Below, piece by piece: positions 13,035 through 28,707 of a stretch of 64,000 bases of DNA. The first letter of the stretch is position 1. The number at the start of each line of letters is the position of its first letter. The notes under the pieces are model-generated. The model was not told where the DNA came from and did not search any database. It saw nothing but the letters and a program-made list of their open reading frames with translations. Source of the DNA: Octopus vulgaris (Eukaryota); assembly GCA_951406725.2 (NCBI GenBank), contig OX597823.1, forward strand, positions 44,578,001 to 44,642,000. Direction: 5' to 3'. A program made the position numbers and the translations under genes.

Positions 13035-14258
13035 CAGGGGTTGGACAAAATAATGGAAACATCTAGCATCGTAGCATCATAATTCTAAAATATCTATAAA
13101 ACCGTCAAAAGCTTGTTTATTTTATGTTTTTAGTTATTCATTATTAGTGTCGTTTTACATGGTTTGCTAAAATTGCTGTTTATTTTCAGATATCATTAGA
13201 AAAAGTTAATTAAAATTCATTAAAATGACAGCTCTGTCGGACTTTCAAAGAAGTCGTATTGTAGGCGCTTTCGTAACGAAAACAGCCGAAATGTTTGGTG
13301 TATCAAGAAGTACTGTCTTGAAAGTGATGGCAGCCTTTGAGAAAGAGGAAAAAAATCTTGTCCAAACAAAAAACTTGAAGAAAACTAAAATTTTCAGATA
13401 GGGACCGTCGGTCTCTTACGCGAATTGTTAGAAAGGATCACAAAAGTACAAATCCCCAAAATTACTGCAGTTCCCACAAAACCTGTTCGCCGAGAGCTGC
13501 ACAAAGCCGGATTTCACTGGAGGGCTGCAATCAGAAAACCGCTCCTTTCAAAAACAAACGTTGCAAAGCTTTTAGAGTGGAGTAAAAACCTACAGAATTG
13601 GTCCCTAGAGCAGTGGAAGAATGTTATTTTCTCGGACGAGCCATCCTTTACCTTATTTCTGACCACCGGCCAAGTATACGTGTGGAGACAGCCAAAAGAA
13701 GCATTTGACCCAGACTGCTTTCTTCCAACTGTTAAACGTGGAGGAGGATCTGTGATGATCGGGGTGGGGGCTATATCTTGGAAATCCGCCGGCCCAACGG
13801 TCTCCCTTCATGGCAGAATTAATAGTCAAGACTATTTAAGCATTTTATTTGATAAAATTCATCCTATGGTTATGGAACTGTTTCCGGAGGGAAACGCAAT
13901 CTTTCAGGATGATAATGCACCAATTCACACAGCTAAAGTTGTTACTGAATGGCATGAGGAACATTCTAGGGAAGTTGAACATCATATCTGGTCACCACAG
14001 TCCCCAGATCTCAATATTATCGAACATTTAGGGTACATTTTAGAAAAACAAGCAAGGAGTCGATATCCACCACCATCATCACTACAAGAACTGGAGACTG
14101 TTTTAGCTGAGGAATGGACAACAATTTCTTTGGAAACAATTCAAACTTTGTACCTCATAGAATTCATGCTGTAATTATTGCCAAAGGCGGTCCTACCCCA
14201 TAATAAAATAAATTTGTTTTAAATTTTAAGGTACTTCTATTATTTTGTCCAACCCCGG
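13035..14258 (+). mobile_element. Full-length Tc1/mariner DD36E (Incomer-like) transposon with decayed transposase
   Basis: TIRs CAGGGGTTGGACAAAATAAT / ATTATTTTGTCCAACCCCGG, flanked by TA. ATG at 13225 (MTALSDFQRSRIVGA) is followed by frameshifts. ORF 13425-14174 has FSDE, FQDDNAPIH and SPDLNIIE with 36 residues between D and E. Confidence 0.92.
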
Positions 14259-14282
14259 TATATACACACATACATACATACA

Positions 14283-16295
<2,013 letters not shown>

Positions 16296-16311
16296 TATAT
16301 ACATATATATG

Positions 16312-16342
<31 letters not shown>

Positions 16343-16361
16343 GTATATATATGTATGTATG

Positions 16362-16424
<63 letters not shown>

Positions 16425-17678
16425 ATATATATATGTACATACTCAAACGCATATATATAAATATATTATAACATAGACATAGCAAATAGTAAACAACGTG
16501 ACCAATCTACTTAGATACTGCTTTTTCTTTCGTGTATACACCTCTTTCCTCAGTATGGTGAGGCAGAAAGTTTCGTGAAGTGTAGTTTATATATTAGCGT
16601 GACAAAATAATTCTTCTCCATGATCAAAAACATTTCCACAAAGATATGAAAGTTAATAAATTATTCAACAGGAACAATCTAAAATTTAGTTGTTCCACAA
16701 TACCTTTTGTATGAAAACCATTTCGTTACATAACCGTAGAGACACAATATCACATTGTACCAAATAGGAGATAACAATTATTACCGAAACACTGAGTCGA
16801 CTCCGTTAGATAAGTAGTGCCTAAGTATATATTGTGCATCAGGCTATTACAACTAAAAGCAAACTGTAGCGGTATATATAAAATATCAGTTTCATGGAAT
16901 ATTTATCTAAGAGTCGACTACACTAGCATATGAAGTCTTTCAAACTCAGCAATAAAGGACTGGAGTGAATCTTTCAGCATTGTACGATCTATTTTGATTA
17001 TTTATAGTTCAAAACGTTTCGAATTACATTTGCACTGGAAATATATCATAAACTACCTTAATGAAAATACAGTTGATACCATGTAGATAGTATAAAAACA
17101 TTTGCTATATTAACTTCGAGGCAACAGAAAACCAGTTACGTCATACATCATATGACACGTTTTCATCCATTTTGCTTTAAAAAAAATTATGAAGTTTTCT
17201 TCTAAAAGTTACAGTTAAAACTGCTGAACACTACAAGTTAAAATGGAACGATAGCACAAACATATCTTGAGGCACTTTATTTAAATATTTTTTTAGCATG
17301 AGCGTACGAAAACATCGATGCAGAAAGAATTTTAGAATTTCACTTCACAATCTTGAAACATAAGAGTCGATCTCACTGCGCAGCAAACTGAGCGACTATT
17401 ATCTACAAAAGCCTTGGGTCAAGTCAAGCTTTGTGAATCTAAATGGGTAGACGGAAACCGCGTGGAAGCTCGCGAGATGAACTTCCTTTGTGACACAAAT
17501 TTGTAACAATATCACATTGTACCATACTAATTCTACTTTAGAATCACGTGAACGGTGGAAATGACACGCTGGAAATCCAGTCAATTACGCTGTAGATCTA
17601 TACGTGTAGGCAGATAGGTTGATTGAACAATATGAATAGTCATTGTTAAAACTGACTCAAATCATATTGAATTTTTTT

Positions 17679-17728
<50 letters not shown>

Positions 17729-17749
17729 TGTATATTTATATGTATATGC

Positions 17750-17780
<31 letters not shown>

Positions 17781-17912
17781 ACTTATAAATAAGGGCAAAC
17801 AAAAAATTTCTAATGCCAAATATGCCGAAAATTGGACATAATGTCCATTACCATATAATTTTTCACAATCTGCACGCTACTCCGACAGAAATTTCAAAAA
17901 AATTCCATTATT

Positions 17913-17968
17913 ACCATATCGGACCGATTTCAGGGTTAGTTCGTGAGAACCCTCCCTTCGTCAGTGAT
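17913..17968 (-). ncRNA. Type I hammerhead ribozyme motif
   Basis: Minus strand reads atca CTGACGA aggg-ag-ggttc-tcac-gaact-aa-ccct GAAA tcggtccga TA tggt. Canonical core, all three stems pair, AUA cleavage triplet. Confidence 0.7.
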
Positions 17969-18163
17969 AAATGTGGCAATGAAATAAATGAGATACTTAC
18001 TCATACCCATGGAAGAAGCAAAACACTAAGTCATGAGCACAATTAAGTACCCCAAATACACCCAAAATAGAAATACTCCAGCCCATTCAAGACTCGTGTG
18101 ATTTGAACTGAGGCTCTCACAGAGTGAGCGAGTCCGGAAGTGAACACTTAAATTATCCTACAT

Positions 18164-18214
<51 letters not shown>

Positions 18215-18325
18215 ATATATATATGTATATATATTTGTATGTAAGTATATATATATATAAGAATTTTTTGCGTAAAGAGATAAAAACCAAGGCTGTGTAG
18301 ATAGTAACACATTTATAGATAGAAG

Positions 18326-18377
18326 GTCTTACAGTTGTTTCCAGGATATTTATTAATTATATCCCTTCATCGGAGAC
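18326..18377 (-). ncRNA. Degenerate minimal hammerhead motif
   Basis: Minus strand reads gtct CCGATGA a-gggatat-aattaataa-atatcct-g GAAA caactg TA agac. U4C change in the core; stem I is gtct/agac. Confidence 0.5.
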
Positions 18378-18508
18378 GGTGTGAGTGGATGATTAAGTCA
18401 TAGCTAGTTTAGATGTGATACAAAACTATGTATGGTCTGTCAATAGTACTTATTCATCTTTACCTGACACCTCTAGGTCTGAATGACACCATTATCTCTT
18501 ATAACCTC

Positions 18509-18567
<59 letters not shown>

Positions 18568-19052
18568 TATACATGTGTATGTAAATATATATATGTTTGT
18601 GAATGTATGTATGTGTGTGTACATACATGCACGACTGAGAAATTACTCATTTTATCACGTGATGTTGATAACGTGAATGTAACGCATTTTGAACGAGATT
18701 TCAAAAATCTTGATAAGAATGTTGACTACTCGAAACAAATAATATTACGAACAATTGTTATATTGTTTCAGTGGGAACACTACAAACAGAATCAATTAAC
18801 TTGAAATACTTAACGGAAATCTATTTTTAAACCAGATAATCACATGCATTTTGCATGACATGTATATGTATGTACGCACATCAGCCACACTCCTGACACA
18901 TATGTATGCACACAGAAATGTGCGTGCATAGATGTGTGTAACGTTTATTTTATGACATTATGTGTATGTGTGCGTATGTATGCATGTATACGTATGTGCG
19001 TATATATGTGTGTGCGTGCGTGTGTGTGTACGTGTGGTATGTGTGTGTGTGT

Positions 19053-19091
<39 letters not shown>

Positions 19092-19139
19092 ACGTTTCTG
19101 AAGAGCCAAATTAATGCGAGGTCTAAGTAAAGGGACACA

Positions 19140-20400
19140 GAAGAAATACGTTAATGGTTTACACTTTTACCTCATATTCTGATATTTCAGGATTAAGACT
19201 CCCCTTCAGGAAAACTAAATCGGTGTTTTTGTATGGCAAGCTACCTTTTCTACGCAGTAGCGCATGTATGTATGTGGAAGGGGTAGTTGATTTGACATGC
19301 GCAAACATAGTATTGCTATAATATCCAATCAGCTGTGCATAACTCGGTTCTGTTGTTGATACAAGGTTTGGTCATGCTAATGATGATGGCTCCTTTTTTC
19401 CTTGGTTCCCAAGTGTTTTGCTTCTTAGCCTCAATGGAGACCTGGATGTCTTTGTCGTGACGTATCCGTTGGAGTCTTTTGACGGAAGAAACATCAAAAC
19501 AGGGATGTTCTTAAACCTGGATGTGTAGTTCCACAATACTTCTAATATAGGATTTATCGCATTTCTTACACGTGATTTTATATGCCTCGTAGGAATGCAA
19601 ACGTATGTTCTCATTATTGATTGGGCAGTTGGGCAATGTGCAAATGACGTTGTTGGGGATAGGCCGATTTCTAGTTAGGAACCTCCTCAGGGAGGATCTG
19701 GAATGTGTTAGCTTTTTATTCAAATTCCTTGCTGATATCTCCAGCGGCAGCAGTTTAAAAAAACACGTTATCCTTGGATGTGTGGGTTTCCTTAGGTGAT
19801 CCTATGATGTTCTGGTGTTTGGCGAAATAGTTTGGACAACTGTTGCTCATAAGAACTTTTCGGAATTGTATGTTATTGCTCTTTTAGTCTCCTGCTTCGC
19901 TGCATTTACTGCGTATTCTGTGAATGTCATATCTTAAGTGGGACGTTTTGGTTTTGATGGGTAGGGAAGAATTGTAATGCACGAATAGGTCCTTGCATGT
20001 CGCTTTTCTGTAAGAGTTATTGTATACATGGAGCTATTCTTTGCGATTTTGAGTTCGAAATCATAGAGATGAGGAACCGGTATTATCAGGGTACTCTACT
20101 TCAAATTTTATGCGATTAGCAATATTGTCAAATTTTCGTATATTTTGATGGCCTCCTTGCGAAAGAGTGTTTTAGAATAAGAATGTGTAAAACGGCGCAA
20201 GAGAGAAAAGTGTCGAGGGCCTTGCTTTCTTACTGGTTTATGTCTATGATGGCCAGTAGGTCTGGCTAGCTTGACTCCACTGGCTGTCCAGAGATTTGTT
20301 TGTAAATAAAGCCTCAGAATTGGAAGAAAGTATTCATTATGGTAGTCAACAGTTCGCAGATATCTGGTGCTGTAACCCCGAAGCAGTTAAGGTTGTGCGA
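19140..20400 (-). mobile_element. Penelope-like element remnant (RT C-terminus, GIY-YIG endonuclease, 3' pLTR)
   Basis: Fragments YKQISGQPV, KFEVEYPDNTGS, YKITCKKCDKSYI and AIIISMTKPCINNRTEL. HHR-like word CTGAAGG-gga..tcc-GAAA-ta-TC at 19176-19215. Confidence 0.75.
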
Positions 20401-20622
20401 GGAGGCAATGTGTTTGGTTATTAAGAACACCTTTACGCTGATGTCTTCGTAAAAAAAAAGAACCGCTTTCGAAAATACTTCCAAGTGACGCCACAGAAAG
20501 GAACAGTGAAAGCTTGATAAAATGATAATAAACCCTCATCATTAGCAAGACTAAATCCCTTATTAACAATAGAACCAAATTCTTTCACACGCGCGCGCGC
20601 GCAAAACAGAAAAGATCGTTTG

Positions 20623-20812
20623 CAACGTAAAATTTCCTATTTACTTTTCCCGAAGAGGGAATCTTTGCTCCAAAATATTGAAATATAAATGTCCGAGCTA
20701 ATGTCTGAATTCTCCGTTTCCAACATAAAATTTCCTATTTACTTTTCCCGAAGAGGGAATCTTTGCACCAAAATATTGAAATATAAATGTCCGAGCTAAT
20801 GTCTGAATTCTC
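20623..20812 (+). repeat. 98-bp-period tandem duplication, inverted homolog of the PLE 3' end at ~19170-19225
   Basis: Two near-identical units start at 20623 and 20721. ATTTACTTTTCCCGAAGAGGGAATCTTTGCTCCAAAATATTGAAATAT aligns to the reverse complement of 19174-19220. Confidence 0.7.
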
Positions 20813-21561
20813 TTGTTTCATTTCAATTATAACTTTTATTGTTTTTTTTAAATTAGAAGTATAAGAAAAAACATTTACTCTGTATCACACGATGATTCAT
20901 GCACAGAGCACACACGCGCAGAAACACACACACGCACACTCGCGCATATTTGTCATGCGTTCTGGTATTTACCATATGACATACATTGTCATCACAATTA
21001 TCATCACCATCAGCAGTAGAAATAGTAGCAGCAGCAGCCGCCACGCTGTCACGGGTTCGACAAAATCCGACAAGTGGGAAGACTGCGTCCTACACCAGTA
21101 TCTGTTTTGACCCGGTTTCTACGGCTGGATGTTATACCTAACCCCAGCCATTTTGCAGAGAATAGTGGGTGCCATTTTCGGGGCACTAGTACCAATAAGG
21201 TTCCTTTGAAACTTGCAGGACTAAAGGGCCTAAGAGGACCCTTGGAGAACAAGAGAAAGAAAGGTGAGGAGAGTGCTACAGTTTTAGGCAAGATGATGAG
21301 AGTAGTTTTAGGCTAAGTTTGATGAGAGTAGTATATTTAAAGTTATAGGAGAGGGCAAGAGAGAAGTCATTGCTGGGAGTGGAATAGGGATAGGAAAAGA
21401 TTAGTAAGAAACGGAAGGAGAAATCGGTAAGTGTGGGGGAAGGTGATTAAGAAGTATATGAGGGCCGTAAAAGGTGGCAGCGAATGAAGTCTTCGTAGGA
21501 TATAAATATATTCATATATGTATATAGTAATATATATATGTATATAGTTACATACATATAT

Positions 21562-23186
21562 TCTATATATATATATAATATATTCTGTTTGTTCGTTTGT
21601 TTGCCTAGCAAAATAAAAGTAAATGGTTCAAGGGAAGCTACTATGCCTTTTCTATATATATGAAATCGAAATTCTGTCTCTTTTTTCTCTGACAAAATGA
21701 AACTACCTGGTTCAGGGGAAGCTATTATGCTATTGCCTAACTTGTCTCAACAAAAATTATGCAATGGTACAACACTAATTGTGCACAAACTTATGACGAA
21801 CTGAATTGAGACAAATATTCTCACTGGTTGTTGTACAGGTGACTCCGTCTCCATTCCTCGTATACCAATTATACCTTATAATGTCCCATTCCAATTTAAG
21901 CCGTTACAGTTTTTCCTATCCCACTTTCTTTTGCCATGAGCATTAATAAAACTCAGGGCCAAACACCAAAAGTTGCTGGGTTGCAACTTGAAGAACCATA
22001 CTCTTCACATGGCCAACTTTATGTAAAAACATCACGTGCGGGAGCAAAAGCAAACCTTTTGGCTTATGCACTCCGAATAAAACAAAAAAAAAACATTGTT
22101 TATAAAGAAATATTCACTCTTCACGCAACATGAATACTTCAGTAATTTAACGTTTTTGACTATTACATGTTTTCTCTTATAAAATAAACACATACAGGAG
22201 GAGTAATTCTAAATCTGTAGGGGTAGTCTCTGGTTCAGATTCGAAACTGAATATTTAAATTCTCCTTGGCCATGCAGCTTATTCAAATGTCAAAACAAAC
22301 AGTAACAAATGTGGCCTTTTCAGTGCCATCGCACAGTCACCTGCATTCCATAAAGCTATTCTTCTACATCATATAGCTATTTTCTACCTTCATTCACGTT
22401 GAAACTGAATCTTTCAATTCTCCTTCAATGATTACATGATTTTAAGAACCATGCTTTTCACATGACCAACTTTATGTAGGATCATCACGTGTGAGACCAA
22501 AAGCAAATCTTTTTGCTTGTGTACCCCGAAATAAAACAAAAAACATTGTTTATAAGGAAATATTCAGTCTTAACGCAACATGAATACTTCAATAACTTAA
22601 TTTGCCATTACTATCATTACATTCAAGAATGACTAAATTACTTATTTAAATTAACTGTGTTATATAATTGCCATTACTGCATTGATAGATAAAATAACAC
22701 ACACAACTCATTTATTATTGTCATATAATAAACAAACAGAAGTTCATGTATGAAATCCATCTTTTTTCTGCTTCAGTTATTACATGTTTTTCTTTTATAA
22801 AATACACACATACAGGAGGAGTAAATCTAAATCTGTAGCGGAAGTCTCACCCTGGTTCAGATTCGAAACTTTATGTAGGTGCATCCTGTGTAGGAGCAAA
22901 AGCAAATCTTTTTGCTTATGCACACCGAAATAAACAAAAAACATTGTTTATAAAGAAATATTCACTCTTAATGCCACATGAATACTTCAATAACTTAATT
23001 TGCTATTACTATCATTCAAGAATGAAATCGATCTTTTTTCTACTTCAACTATTACGTGTTTTTCTCTTATAAAATATACACATCCAGAACGAGTAAATTA
23101 TATATATATATATAATAATAATTTGACTGTGACTCCCGAGAAACAGTAAAAGTAATCACCCGATCAACGACAGGTATTACTGCTAG
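21562..23186 (+). mobile_element. Non-autonomous Helitron with helicase C-terminus and internal tandem duplications
   Basis: IMLLPNL..KLCNGT...IPRIPII...FAMSINKTQGQT...SHGQLYV..SR...KNIVYKEIF at 21724-22115, with its tail repeated at ~22440 and ~22870. The 5' TCTATATATA block occurs twice (21562, 21651). The 3' end reads CCCGATCAACGACAGGTATTACTGCTAG|T. Confidence 0.85.
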
Positions 23187-25098
23187 TACATTATATTACG
23201 ATAAATGTAAACAAACTAATATTTGTTTTAGAAGCGTTGAAATGTGTATTGTGAGCTACAACTAATATGATAATTTATTTTCAAACGCATAAACGCTGAT
23301 AGAACAGCAGAGAGTGGATAAGATATCCATAGAAAGCGGGAAAAGATTGTCAGCAACCAGCTACGTACATGTTTGTCACATATTTCAACTGCTAAAAGGC
23401 AAATACACTGCAGTCAATGAGATGTACCTAAGAGAAGCAACTCTGAATGCACTTAACCTTCTGTCTACCAATGGGTCCAATGGACCCATTTCAGTTTTTT
23501 TCAGTTGCTTTTTCCTACTGTTTTTTATTATTTGATTCTGCGCGTGACTCTTACTTTTTCTTGACTGTCTTATTTGTCAAATGGGAAATATTCCGTAAAT
23601 TTATAAAAGCTAGAAAATTTCACTTTATACATTAATTACCGTATGGTTCCATTGGACCCTCGAATTAAATTCAGACAATACGCTTGTCATTTTAAACAGA
23701 ATAAAAGCAGTATCAAACATTATTTTCCTAGATATTTATCAGATATAAGATAGATAAAATTGTATTCAATTTATTTGCTGAATTTTAGATAAAATAGGAA
23801 AAAATATTTATACATACTTATACGCATAAATATATAATAGACTCTGTGTGTGTGTGGAGGTGTATTCTGTAAGAACGTATTAGAGAACAAAATAGAGCTC
23901 GATCACCCTTAGAATTACCTGAGGAGATACAGCTAGGTCCTATTATAGAGGTAAATCGTTATTTAATTTAAATTTAAATCCTAAAGAAAGAATGCAGTTT
24001 TTAAACTCAGAATTGCGAAATAATTGTAATGTTCATAATTAGCAGATAGAATGTGCAAAATGTCTTGGCTATACAATCTGTAGATTGATGCATAGAGACA
24101 TTAGCGTAGTACTGGCTTCCTTCGTCAGGAGGGAAATTGGCGGATAGCAGTTCATATCGTGGTGCGAGAGATTTAAAAGTTGCATAAAAGAGGAAGAGAA
24201 GAGTAAAAGACAGTGAGATGGAGGGTGTAGGCAGCTTAAGGAGGGAGAGTAGAGAGGTAGATGAAGAAGAAAAAGAGATAAGAAATACAAAGCGGGGAAA
24301 GGAGGGGAGGTGAGTAATTGGGGGAATTGAAAAGAAGTAGAAGTGGTGAGTCGGCGCGAGGAGGCGAGGGGGTAAGATAGGTCAGTATTGTGAAGGCACC
24401 GTTGATGGGGCCTGTCGTTAAGCGGGTCTTTAATCAAGAAGGGATGGTTGAGATTATAGAAGAGTAGAGGAAGAGACAATGAATGAAGTAGGGAATGGGA
24501 GGAGGGCTGGTAAAATAAGGAGAGAGAGAGAGAGAGACGGGGAGAAAAGAGAGATCAAGGCTTTACCTTGTGTGTTTATACCTGTTTAAAGTTTAACCTA
24601 ACAATGGTAGATTTATGGTATGATGTAATCTGTGAATACATCAGTAAAATTCTACCGAAGTAGCTGTAGTAAAGTTTAAACCCCGTTTCTGTTCTTCCAA
24701 GAAACGCCATCGTATGTAGAGCCGACCAGGTCCACCAGTGCGCCTCCATCGTTAACTGTCCTGTGCCAGCTCGTCTGAGTTTTGTTAGTGGGAGGCATGC
24801 AGAGGTCCGTTTCAATGTTGAACAGTCCAGTTTCTTCTGGTCGGCGTCGTAACAAGTTGAGGGTTCTTCTGGGCGGATTGTTGGTCCACTGCAGATTTGT
24901 CGAATGATAGGGCTACCATTTAGGCGGTGGGTCGACAAACTGCTGGTCATTGTTAGTCTGGAACCTTCCCGAGAGACCAGAGCGGCCCTATCATGAGCAA
25001 ACCTACCAAGAGTAACGTCCTCTCAGATTTACAGAACACGCAAGGTCCCCTGCCATGAAAATGCCAGGCCCAAGTGGGGTACATATATACATACATAC

Positions 25099-25158
<60 letters not shown>

Positions 25159-25270
25159 GCATACATGTACATGAATTTGATGTATGTATATATATATATA
25201 TATATATAATATATGTGTATGTGTTTGTGTGAGTGTGTGAGTGTGTGCGTGTGCGTATGTGTGCGTGTGT

Positions 25271-25318
<48 letters not shown>

Positions 25319-25683
25319 TTGTAGCACAGTACGAAATATTTTTATTGCTTTTTGTGGACCTGTTGATCTCACGTAGCACGTGACAAACAGCCTGTGCTTC
25401 TTTTTGCCACAGTTACTTTGACAGTACTCGCTGGAGATCGCTTGTTTCGAAATTCGTGGAAACTAGCATGAAACTATGGCTTCACGCCAGTTTCATGGAT
25501 AATTGACAGTTACTGGAACCCCGTGTGTGTATGTGCGTGGGTGGCTGTACACAAGTATATATACGCGTATGTCTGTCAGTCTGTCTGTCTGTCTATATGT
25601 ATCGATGTATGTATGTATATTTTCTATATGCGTGTGTGTGTATGTATGTATATATATATACATACATACATACATACACACAT

Positions 25684-25725
<42 letters not shown>

Positions 25726-25756
25726 TTATGCATGTATATAAAGATATATATATGGG

Positions 25757-25819
<63 letters not shown>

Positions 25820-26536
25820 ACACACATATGTATGTATGTATGCAAATGATAATATAGTCATACTGCCGTATACGTCTCCATGTCTGAGCTTGCGTTTTTG
25901 TGGGCAACATATAAACATACTTCCATGCACAAACACATTCGTATACGCGCGCGCACACAGACACACACACACACACATTGGGGTAATTGGATCACCAAAT
26001 CTTCATTTATTCATATATATAGTTAATTACACTTATGACTCTATTAACCAATATATTAATTTCGCCACGCAACTATTACCCAAGTCGGTGTTAGAATACA
26101 TGAAATAGTTCAACACGTAACTGCTTAACAGGATAATTAAAGCCGTACAGAACCAAATATGTGCAGACTCATGTTAACACACTATTAAACAGTGACGTAT
26201 TTATATCGGCAAATTGTTTCAGCGTATGTTGGATAATTTCAATGACCTAGTTTTAATGTCTTCATAATTTCATCGTATAATTAGCACTAGCGATGACCAA
26301 GAAGCAATTAATTTGAAATATAGTTAGTTTCTATATTTTTCTGCCGTCAGAGAAACTAGAGAGAAACGAGAAGTTTCGAAGTATTCTGCTCATTATAAAC
26401 TAGAAAAAAAAAAATGTTGAAACAGAAGAATTCCCAAAAACCGACTGTCAAATTCTATGAAATTTATGATTAATTTCTAAATTAGAAGAGCAATTATTTT
26501 TATCACGAAATATCCGCATTTTTCTCTCTCTCTCTC

Positions 26537-26640
<104 letters not shown>

Positions 26641-26657
26641 TATATATATATATATAT

Positions 26658-26710
26658 GAGCTTCCTGATGATTTCATTTGAATGAAACAGTTCTAGTCCT
26701 GTAGAAGCTC
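26658..26710 (+). ncRNA. Type I hammerhead ribozyme motif
   Basis: gagcttc CTGATGA t-ttca-tt-tgaa-t GAAA cag-ttctagtc-ctg TA gaagctc. Perfect 7-bp stem I, canonical core, GUA site; T/T mismatch at the base of stem II. Confidence 0.7.
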
Positions 26711-26814
26711 CTTCTATAAGATAAATTAATTTACTCTGCTATGTATTGAGTACCTTATTTACTGTGGTTAACCCCGACTCAACCCGGGACCTACATATAT
26801 ATATATATATATAC

Positions 26815-26857
<43 letters not shown>

Positions 26858-26891
26858 CATACACATATACATGTATACATATATATATATT

Positions 26892-27254
26892 ATTTTATTC
26901 TTTTATTTGTTTCTGTCATTTGACTGCGGCCATGCTGGAGCACCGTTTTAAGTCTAACAAATCGACCCCAGGGCTTATTCTTTGTAAGCCTAGTATTTAT
27001 TTTATCGGTGTCTTCTGCCGAACCGCTACGTTACGGAGACGTAAACACACCAACATCAGATGTCAAGCAATGGGGTGGGGCGAGGAAACATACACACACA
27101 CACAATTTCCGTCTACCAAATCTACTCATAAGACTTTGGTCGGCTCGAGGCTATAGTAGAAGACACTTGCCCAAAATGCCATGCAATCGGACTGAACCCG
27201 GAACCATATGGTTAGGAAGCAAGCTACTTACCAACACACCCACTCCTTCGCCTA
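26892..27254 (-). mobile_element. SINE family A
   Basis: Homologous to 1460-1798; includes B-box-like GGGTTCAGTCC on the minus strand. Confidence 0.75.
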
Positions 27255-27260
27255 CGTATA

Positions 27261-27291
<31 letters not shown>

Positions 27292-27339
27292 TGAGTAATT
27301 TCTATCATTTTGACTTAGTTAATGGCGCCAGCATTTACA

Positions 27340-28480
27340 ATCGAGTGACGTCACATTCTGGACCATTGTGTCAAGAATTGTGTTGCTCTTTTCTCTTATG
27401 AATTTGAGACTAGAGTGAAGATTATTGAGGAGGGTGCTGAATTCTTCCATATTTTCTAGGAATTTGGTCCAAATTTGGAAACAATCATCGAGTTATCCTT
27501 TCCATGAGTCTTCGATATGTCTTCCAAAGATCATGCCATAGTTCTATTTATTTTTTAAAATTTAGGTTTTGTTACAAGTATATCAATACTGAGTTCGCGA
27601 AAACTGGAACAAATTGTGTCCCCATAGCTGTGCCTCGAATTTGGAGGTAGCTTTTTTACGTTGAAAAGTAATGCATCGTTTTCGAGGATGCCGCTGGACG
27701 CGTCTAGTATGAAGGTTACTGTAAATCTACAGGAGATCACTACTCTATGTTTCTCGACCCAATTTCTTTTATTGCAGTAATTCCCAAATCATGTGGAATG
27801 TTTGCATATAAGTTTGTTACATCAAAACTAACAGTGAATTGGATTTCGTTGTTTTAGGCAGATTTGACAGGAAATCGATGTCACCCCGAATGAAGCTAGG
27901 TATGTAACTACATAGTGACTTTAGGATAATGTCAATGAGGTTGCTCAGACAATGTGTAGGACAGGCTGGACCAGCTATAACGGGTCTTTTGTAGTAGTTT
28001 TATGCATTCACTACCTTGTTCCTTTATAGGGATTTGTATTTCCTTTAACTTATGTATTTAGGTAAGCTATAAAAGTTACTGGATTTCGACTCAAAATTGG
28101 TAATATAGTCCCTTTCATTAGGAGTGAGGGAGTTATAATGCTTTAAGACTAAATAATTGAGTTTCTTCATGATGCAGTGGTCAATATTTGAGGGTATTTC
28201 ACGGTAGAACGTTGTATCCTTCAAATGATCTTCAGCTAGAGCCTGGTAATATTTCGTATCCATTATAACAATGGCACCCCCTTTATCCGCTTGTTTGATG
28301 ACAATTGTCTTGTCATTTTTAAGACGTATAAGGGCAGATTTTTCTAGTTTTGAAATGTTTGATCTGACATTGATATTATGTCTCAGTGGAATTCTGGAGA
28401 GGATACTAATGAACTGATCTAAATGTTTATTTCGTCCTTTTGGCGGTTAAAATTTTGATTTAGTTTTCGCCATTCTGAAA
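27340..28480 (-). mobile_element. Penelope-like reverse transcriptase remnant
   Basis: IVIKQADKGGAIVIMD, FYSLPK, RPVIAGPACPTHCLSNLIDIILK, VSFDVTNLYANIPHDLG and YLQIRGTAMG motifs in order, with frameshifts. Confidence 0.88.
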
Positions 28481-28707
28481 CCGGATCGCAATTTGTTTTA
28501 GCAACATCAGTTTCCGCATTGGAAGGAGTCGTTTTAAACGAAACGTTTTCCAATTCCAGCTATAAGAACCTTGGTTTTGTTAAAGAAAAACATGACAAAA
28601 GCTCTGGTAACTCAGCAGCTTAACTCATTAAGAACTATAACAGTGTTATAATACACCACTAAAACCAAGACACATAATAATATAAAAAAAAAAAAAAGGA
28701 TTGTGTG

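Noticed and set aside
21048-21552. Solo LTR (TGTCACG...GTTACA)
   Set aside because: No target-site duplication and no second copy in the window.
23453-23660. piggyBac-like end (TTAACCTT... with inverted GGGTCCAATGG motifs)
   Set aside because: No matching second terminus with TTAA.
24660-25080. Possible LINE 3' fragment (ORF 24576-24950)
   Set aside because: No diagnostic motif that I can read confidently.
25493-26108. YI/HT/CV-rich ORFs here and throughout the window
   Set aside because: Translations of (TA)n, (CA)n and (TACA)n microsatellites.
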